A stretch of DNA of 64,000 bases from Patescibacteria group bacterium UBA1406 (lineage in GTDB: Bacteria; Patescibacteriota; Microgenomatia; UBA1406): the NCBI GenBank assembly GCA_002305675.1, contig DBQA01000006.1, positions 123,581 to 187,580 on the forward strand, read 5' to 3'. The translations under genes were made by a program, and so were the position numbers. The stretch's first letter is position 1. Every line of letters begins with the position of its first letter. The notes under the pieces are model-generated. The model was not told the DNA's origin, did not search any database, and saw only the letters and a list, made by a program, of their open reading frames with translations. Of the stretch, positions 60,265 through 64,000 are shown in pieces.

Positions 60265-61295
60265 TGCAGGATAAAACCGTCATCCTCTCCATATCGCTGA
60301 GCATCATTGGCATCCTGACGCAGTACCTGTTCGGTCTGGAGAGTGCCGGCTCCCATCTCCTGTTCATGCTCATCGGACTGTCTTCCTATATCCTGCTGCA
60401 AAAGGTAGAGCGGCAGATATTGATAAGGTTCAGCGGCCCCCTCTCTGTCCTCGGCGCCGCCCTGCTTCTGTTACTGCTGTTGGCAGGGGATCCGACCAGA
60501 GGTTCACGCCGCTGGTTCTTCATCTTCGGTTTCGGCCTCCAGCCTTCCGTGCTGGCAGCACCTTTCTTCGCCCTTTTCTTAAGCTCCGTCCTGGTCATGT
60601 CTCCCGTGAAAAACATCTGGTCCTTCCTGAGAACGCTTCTGGTCATGGCTGTACCGGTGGCCCTGGTCTTCAAACAACCCGATCTGGGGACGGCGCTCGT
60701 ATTATTCCTCGCTTTGTTCTCCGTGATCTTCTATTCCGGTGTGCCAGTCAGGCATCTCCTGGTCCTGTCGGGACTGTCTGTACCGGCATTGTGGCTTTTC
60801 AGCCGCATCCTCAAGCCCTACCAGCTTCAAAGACTCGCCTCCTTCCTCAACCCCCAGCTTGATCCGACAGGCATCAACTACAATTCCCTGCAGTCCGTCA
60901 TCGCAATCGGTTCGGGCCACCTCCTGGGCAAGGGGTTCCTGGGAGCGTCCCAGTCCAAGCTGATGTTCTTGCCCGAGGCGAATACGGATTTTGTCTTCGC
61001 CGCCCTGACCGAGGCATTCGGAGTGCTCGGCGCACTGATCCTTCTGACCGTCTTTTTCCTTTTCTTTAGCAGTCTATTGGCAGACATCAGTTCCTCTCGG
61101 ACGGACAGGCTGGCCAAATATTATGCCGTCGCCGTCTTCTCCTTCTTCTTTATTCAGTTCGCCTTCAATGTCGGCATGAACCTGAGGCTTCTGCCGGTAG
61201 TGGGGGTGCCGCTGCCGTTCATTTCGCAGGGCGGTTCGAGCATTCTTGCCTCATACATTTTCCTGGGAATAAGAAAAAGGCTTTCTGACGGATAG
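60264..61295 (+). CDS. rodA: second SEDS-family peptidoglycan polymerase (RodA/FtsW homolog), GTG start
   Basis: 343 aa, 10 TM; SEDS motifs (FQPSVLAAPFF, QLDPTGINYNSLQS, PLPFISQGGSSIL); GTG at 60264 shares G with the ileS stop. Confidence 0.8.
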   Translation: MQDKTVILSISLSIIGILTQYLFGLESAGSHLLFMLIGLSSYILLQKVERQILIRFSGPLSVLGAALLLLLLLAGDPTRGSRRWFFIFGFGLQPSVLAAPFFALFLSSVLVMSPVKNIWSFLRTLLVMAVPVALVFKQPDLGTALVLFLALFSVIFYSGVPVRHLLVLSGLSVPALWLFSRILKPYQLQRLASFLNPQLDPTGINYNSLQSVIAIGSGHLLGKGFLGASQSKLMFLPEANTDFVFAALTEAFGVLGALILLTVFFLFFSSLLADISSSRTDRLAKYYAVAVFSFFFIQFAFNVGMNLRLLPVVGVPLPFISQGGSSILASYIFLGIRKRLSDG

Positions 61296-61370
61296 GGTGG
61301 TCGCTGAAGGATTTGAACCTTCGACCTCTCCGATGTGAACGGAGCGCTCTGCCAACTGAGCTAAGCGACC
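61296..61370 (-). tRNA. tRNA-Val (anticodon CAC); CC encoded, terminal A not encoded
   Basis: Minus strand GGUCGCUUAGCUCAGUUGGCAGAGCGCUCCGUUCACAUCGGAGAGGUCGAAGGUUCAAAUCCUUCAGCGACCACC; anticodon loop UUCACAU; T-arm GAAGG/CCUUC. Confidence 0.88.
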
Positions 61371-61389
61371 ATAAAAGAAGGTTAATCCT

Positions 61390-61417
61390 ATTATATCAAA
61401 GTGGATTGAAGTGTCAC
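61390..61417 (-). promoter_or_regulatory. putative promoter for tRNA-Val (-35 GTGACA 61417..61412, 16-nt spacer, -10 TATAAT 61395..61390, minus strand)
   Basis: Reverse complement of 61390..61417 reads GTGACActtcaatccactttgaTATAAT, about 19 nt upstream of the tRNA 5' end. Confidence 0.4.
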
Positions 61418-62034
61418 CTCAGGTAATTCCCGTAGAGAGAATCGAATATGTCCTGGACCTCCTCTGACAGGCCCGGTTCGGTGAAGGAGCCGGTCATGGT
61501 GTAAACAGTGTTTCTCCTGACATATATCCTCTGTTCCAGGTTGACCGCCTGCCCGTTGGAAACGTGGCTGCCGCCCAGGACCCGCAGATAATAGTTGTCC
61601 TTGGTGGTGACAAAATCCTTGCTGTAGCTAAGCGCGGGAATGGCGGAATAGGCTCCCTGGATGAGCCGGTATGTATACTCGTTCGGGTCACCGACCTCGG
61701 CCTGGTTCCTGATCAGGACGACCGAGGGAACGAACTCCCCTTCGCGGACCTGCTTCTCAACCCTGACTTCCACCCTGTCGGATGCGCTTGGCTTGACCCT
61801 CCAACCCTGGGGAAGGTCCAGTTCTTTTTCTGTCCGGGTGGGTGCCAGGCCTTCCGTGACCGGGGGGCGGCCGCCGTTTGCGTTCTGGCTGCGGCGGTTC
61901 TCATTCACCCTCAAAAGGCCGATGAACAGGATCAAAAGCCCGACTATCAACAGGGCGGTCAGGATATTCTGCCGGCCATTTTTTGTATTTGAAGTTTTGG
62001 TCTGGGTTTTTCTCGGTCTGCCTGTTTTGGCCAT
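61414..62034 (-). CDS. membrane-anchored hypothetical protein immediately downstream of sortase
   Basis: 206 aa; basic N-terminus, single TM (ILTALLIVGLLILFIGLL), about 150-aa extracytoplasmic domain; 4-nt gap to the sortase stop. Confidence 0.5.
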   Translation of the reverse strand: MAKTGRPRKTQTKTSNTKNGRQNILTALLIVGLLILFIGLLRVNENRRSQNANGGRPPVTEGLAPTRTEKELDLPQGWRVKPSASDRVEVRVEKQVREGEFVPSVVLIRNQAEVGDPNEYTYRLIQGAYSAIPALSYSKDFVTTKDNYYLRVLGGSHVSNGQAVNLEQRIYVRRNTVYTMTGSFTEPGLSEEVQDIFDSLYGNYLR

Positions 62035-62038
62035 AGTT

Positions 62039-63337
62039 TTACTGATTAACTGATGCTCTAACTACTATTCTGAGGTCCGGGTCGGCCTGGGCGCAGGTGA
62101 TAAGAGCGATCTCATCACGGGAGTTACCGGAGAGGACCGATGCCTCCTTCTGGGAAACAGCCTGCACCGAATCCACGGTATAGATCACTGCTTCGCCAAC
62201 TTTGGCCAGAACTATCTGGTCTCCGGCCGCCAGGGTATAAAGATCTCCGAATAGGCCAGCCGAATTGTGACCGTAAAAGACGTTGTTCCCTGCTTCAAGG
62301 ACTTCCCCGTCACCCACCAGATATTCATTGCCCATCATTTCCGCACGGTAGACCTGCTGGTGCAGGCCGAGCTTGCCGATCATGAGGCTTACTCCCGCTA
62401 CCGCTTCGTTCCCGGAAGGGAGCTTTTCACTGGCAGCCAGAAGATTGTCAGCGCCTGTTTTGGGCAGCTTCTTGTCCTTGGCACCCAACACGCCGCCATA
62501 TGTCCTCTGGATGCCTTCCACCAGGGGGTTGTAATTGTCCTGGACGCCCAGTACCTGGGGTTGTGACGTTGCAACCGCTCCCAGGACAACCGGGTTCGTG
62601 GGAGAGGGGCTTTCCGGAGTGGAAGATGAACCGCCACCGTTTCCTCCCCCTCCACCACCGCCGTTACTTGGGGCTGTGGTCGGGGTCGGAGTTGCAGTCG
62701 GTGTAGCCGTGGGTGTCGGCGTACTGGTCGGTGTCGGAGTGTTAGTTGGTGTTGGATCCGGCTTCTCGGGATCTTTCGGATCTTCCGTATCCGTTGGCGT
62801 GGGCGTTGGGGTATACGTAGGCGTGGGAGTGTCAGTAGGAGTCGGGGTATCCGTCGGGGTAGGTGTATTCGTCGTAGTCGGGGTAGCTGGATCTTCTAAT
62901 CTAAAACTAGCATGGCTAATCTCCTGAGTGTTACCATTCTGGTTAGTTACGGTACTATTTATCGTAATTGTTCCCTCTTGAGGAGGATTAACATTACTAT
63001 AGTTGACAGTATTGGCAGCTTTATAACACCACTCGACTACTAACTTACCTTCGGGAATAATATATGCGTAGCTTACAGCCTCGATTTTATCAACCTTATC
63101 CCAACCATTGCCTGATTCTGGACATACAGCCTACTGGGCACTTACCAGCATCGTCTTGGCAAGCATCAAAGAAACTATAGACAAGTAGAAAAAGGCGGTG
63201 AGAGTTAATATAGTATGGACTTTAGGATTTCCCAGAATGGCCTTGATTTTTTTCGCTATACCAGTCATCAAAATACAAGGATAGCACAAAGGCTTGTTAT
63301 TTTCAACTATACTTTTTACTATAAACACTTTTTCCAA
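62039..63337 (-). pseudogene. sortase-family transpeptidase gene (433 codons) interrupted by one in-frame TAG (63131..63133) between signal anchor and ectodomain; pseudogene, assembly error or readthrough candidate
   Basis: Catalytic domain in ORF 62039..62521 (FYGHN His, IALITC Cys, RIVVRA Arg). Same frame is open upstream for 203 codons (N-domain, PT-rich linker, Gly run) to the TAG. Codons 63337..63134 encode a signal anchor (MEKVF...KIKAILGNPKVHTILTLTAFFYLSIVSLMLAKTMLVSAQ). All coordinates are in one frame (1299 nt = 433 codons). Confidence 0.7.
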
Positions 63338-63828
63338 AGGCCTTTGGATTTTGCCCTTGCTTCTTGCTGTGCCGCGAGAAACTCATCGGCAAACCCGACA
63401 TCGGGCGGAAAGGTGGCCGCCTGGGCATAGCCTTCTATCACCAGACGCTTGTTCACAAAGACCTCTTTGCCTTCCGGCCCGGCCACATACACATAACGCA
63501 ACAACCTCCCGTATCTGTCCCTGTCGCTGACATCCTTTTCCAGTCTGACCTCTTTCCGTAATACAAGCTCCCTGTTCTTCTCCAAAGCCTCCCGGGCAAA
63601 GCATTCCGCCTCTTCCCTACCCCGGCTGTTCAGTTCCGGCGTGTCAATACCGATATACCTCACCCTTTCCCCGTTCGCAAGTTCGATGGTGTCTCCGTCG
63701 ATGACCCGGGTAACGGTCAGTGGGGTTGACTCCGTCTGCCTTATTGGGATAACAAGCTCGTCTATTCCCATTAACTCGGCCAGGAAAAGTATGAACACAG
63801 AGGCAATGAATAAAATTATCCTATTCAT
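63319..63828 (-). CDS. secreted thermonuclease (staphylococcal nuclease, SNase-like)
   Basis: SNase signature VIDGDTIELANGERVRYIGIDTPE plus downstream Arg/Glu catalytic residues; N-terminal signal/TM (MNRIILFIASVFILFLAELMG) from the internal ATG 63828; the track ORF extends to 63870. Confidence 0.75.
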   Translation of the reverse strand: MNRIILFIASVFILFLAELMGIDELVIPIRQTESTPLTVTRVIDGDTIELANGERVRYIGIDTPELNSRGREEAECFAREALEKNRELVLRKEVRLEKDVSDRDRYGRLLRYVYVAGPEGKEVFVNKRLVIEGYAQAATFPPDVGFADEFLAAQQEARAKSKGLWKKCL

Positions 63829-63837
63829 CAAGGTAAT

Positions 63838-64000
63838 TATGCCATACGCCGCCTGAGATGCCAAAGCCAAGAGATTCCGAGGACCAGGATAAGGTCAAGA
63901 AGCCAGAAATAGCGGCAAAGAACAGGTGTCATACCTTCCCCCCAGGGTCCGACCGGGCAATCACGATTCAGCCAGAGGAAGGCCGCATAAAAGGCAATCC
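63838..64000 (-). CDS. C-terminal fragment of a hydrophobic membrane protein (partial, runs off window edge)
   Basis: Minus-frame translation ...IAFYAAFLWLNRDCPVGPWGEGMTPVLCRYFWLLDLILVLGISWLWHLRRRMA ending at TAA (63838..63840); no identifiable family. Confidence 0.25.

Noticed and set aside
62535-62927. 130-aa plus-strand ORF rich in Gly/Val repeats (GVGVAVGVAVGVGVLVGVGV...)
   Set aside because: It is the antisense mirror of the Pro/Thr-rich linker coding region of the minus-strand sortase gene. The minus frame is continuous with the catalytic domain, while the plus ORF has no signals of its own.
62039-63337. Alternative genetic code (TAG or TGA reassignment) as a genome-wide explanation for the in-frame TAG
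   Set aside because: All other genes in the window are full-length in the standard code, and at least one (ileS) terminates with TAG. No in-frame TGA or TAG interrupts conserved proteins. Only a local event (mutation, error, suppression) remains plausible.
61296-63900. tRNA-Val-adjacent genomic island or mobile element carrying the sortase/SNase locus
   Set aside because: No integrase, transposase or direct repeats of the tRNA 3' end were seen. The locus lies on the 5' side of the tRNA, whereas islands usually insert at the 3' end. Only the compositional oddity of the sortase 5' module is retained as a finding.

Overview
This 64-kb window is a gene-dense, near gap-free stretch of a small bacterial genome. 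Start and stop codons overlap by 1-20 nt throughout (ATGA, TAATG). That packing, plus a monoderm-type envelope gene set (sortase, LCP, PilN/PilO-like, MurJ, two SEDS proteins) and shortened HrcA, UvrC and ATP-synthase delta, suggests a reduced-genome lineage, possibly Patescibacteria/CPR-like; this is inference. Every long ORF is intact in the standard genetic code.

Content from left to right:
- Minus-strand unit 1-9949: CBS-domain gene, then atpC-D-G-A-H-F-E-B plus an atpZ/I-like gene, then dnaE. All are co-oriented and overlapping.
- An AI-2E family transporter, a HAD-IIB hydrolase and tRNA-Leu(GAG).
- Minus-strand block 12145-24805: yqeY, rsmI, a family-5 solute-binding-protein-like gene, secG, a DUF360 protein, uvrC, a transglutaminase-like protein, uvrA, a cupin-VOC fusion, a hypothetical protein and uvrB. 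All three NER genes sit within 10 kb.
- An LbH acetyltransferase, then the hrcA-grpE-dnaK-dnaJ operon behind a consensus sigma70 promoter overlapped by a CIRCE-like inverted repeat.
- A 565-aa secreted, C-terminally anchored protein, xseB/xseA, an isochorismatase-family hydrolase, an LCP protein, a degenerate HD-GYP-like protein, mltG, a small zinc-ribbon protein, a thymidine/AMP phosphorylase-family gene, and murJ.
- rpsT followed by five membrane proteins: a PilN-like protein, a PilO-like protein, a 68-aa TM protein, and two Pro/Thr-rich surface proteins that share a C-terminal IPxAG+TM tail.
- topA, lepB, a short ParB-like HTH protein, rpmA and rplU.
- A long plus-strand cell-wall/division block: GlmU/GMPP-like nucleotidyltransferase, yvcK, dgkA, mraY, murD, ftsW, murG, ftsQ, ftsA, ftsZ, ileS and a second SEDS gene.
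- tRNA-Val(CAC), a membrane-anchored hypothetical, a sortase gene, a secreted SNase-like nuclease, and a partial membrane ORF at the window edge.

The most unusual item is the sortase gene. It is a single 433-codon reading frame interrupted by one in-frame TAG between its signal anchor and its ectodomain. It also carries an LPKTG motif and an AT-rich N-terminal module. No CRISPR array, transposase or integrase was found.
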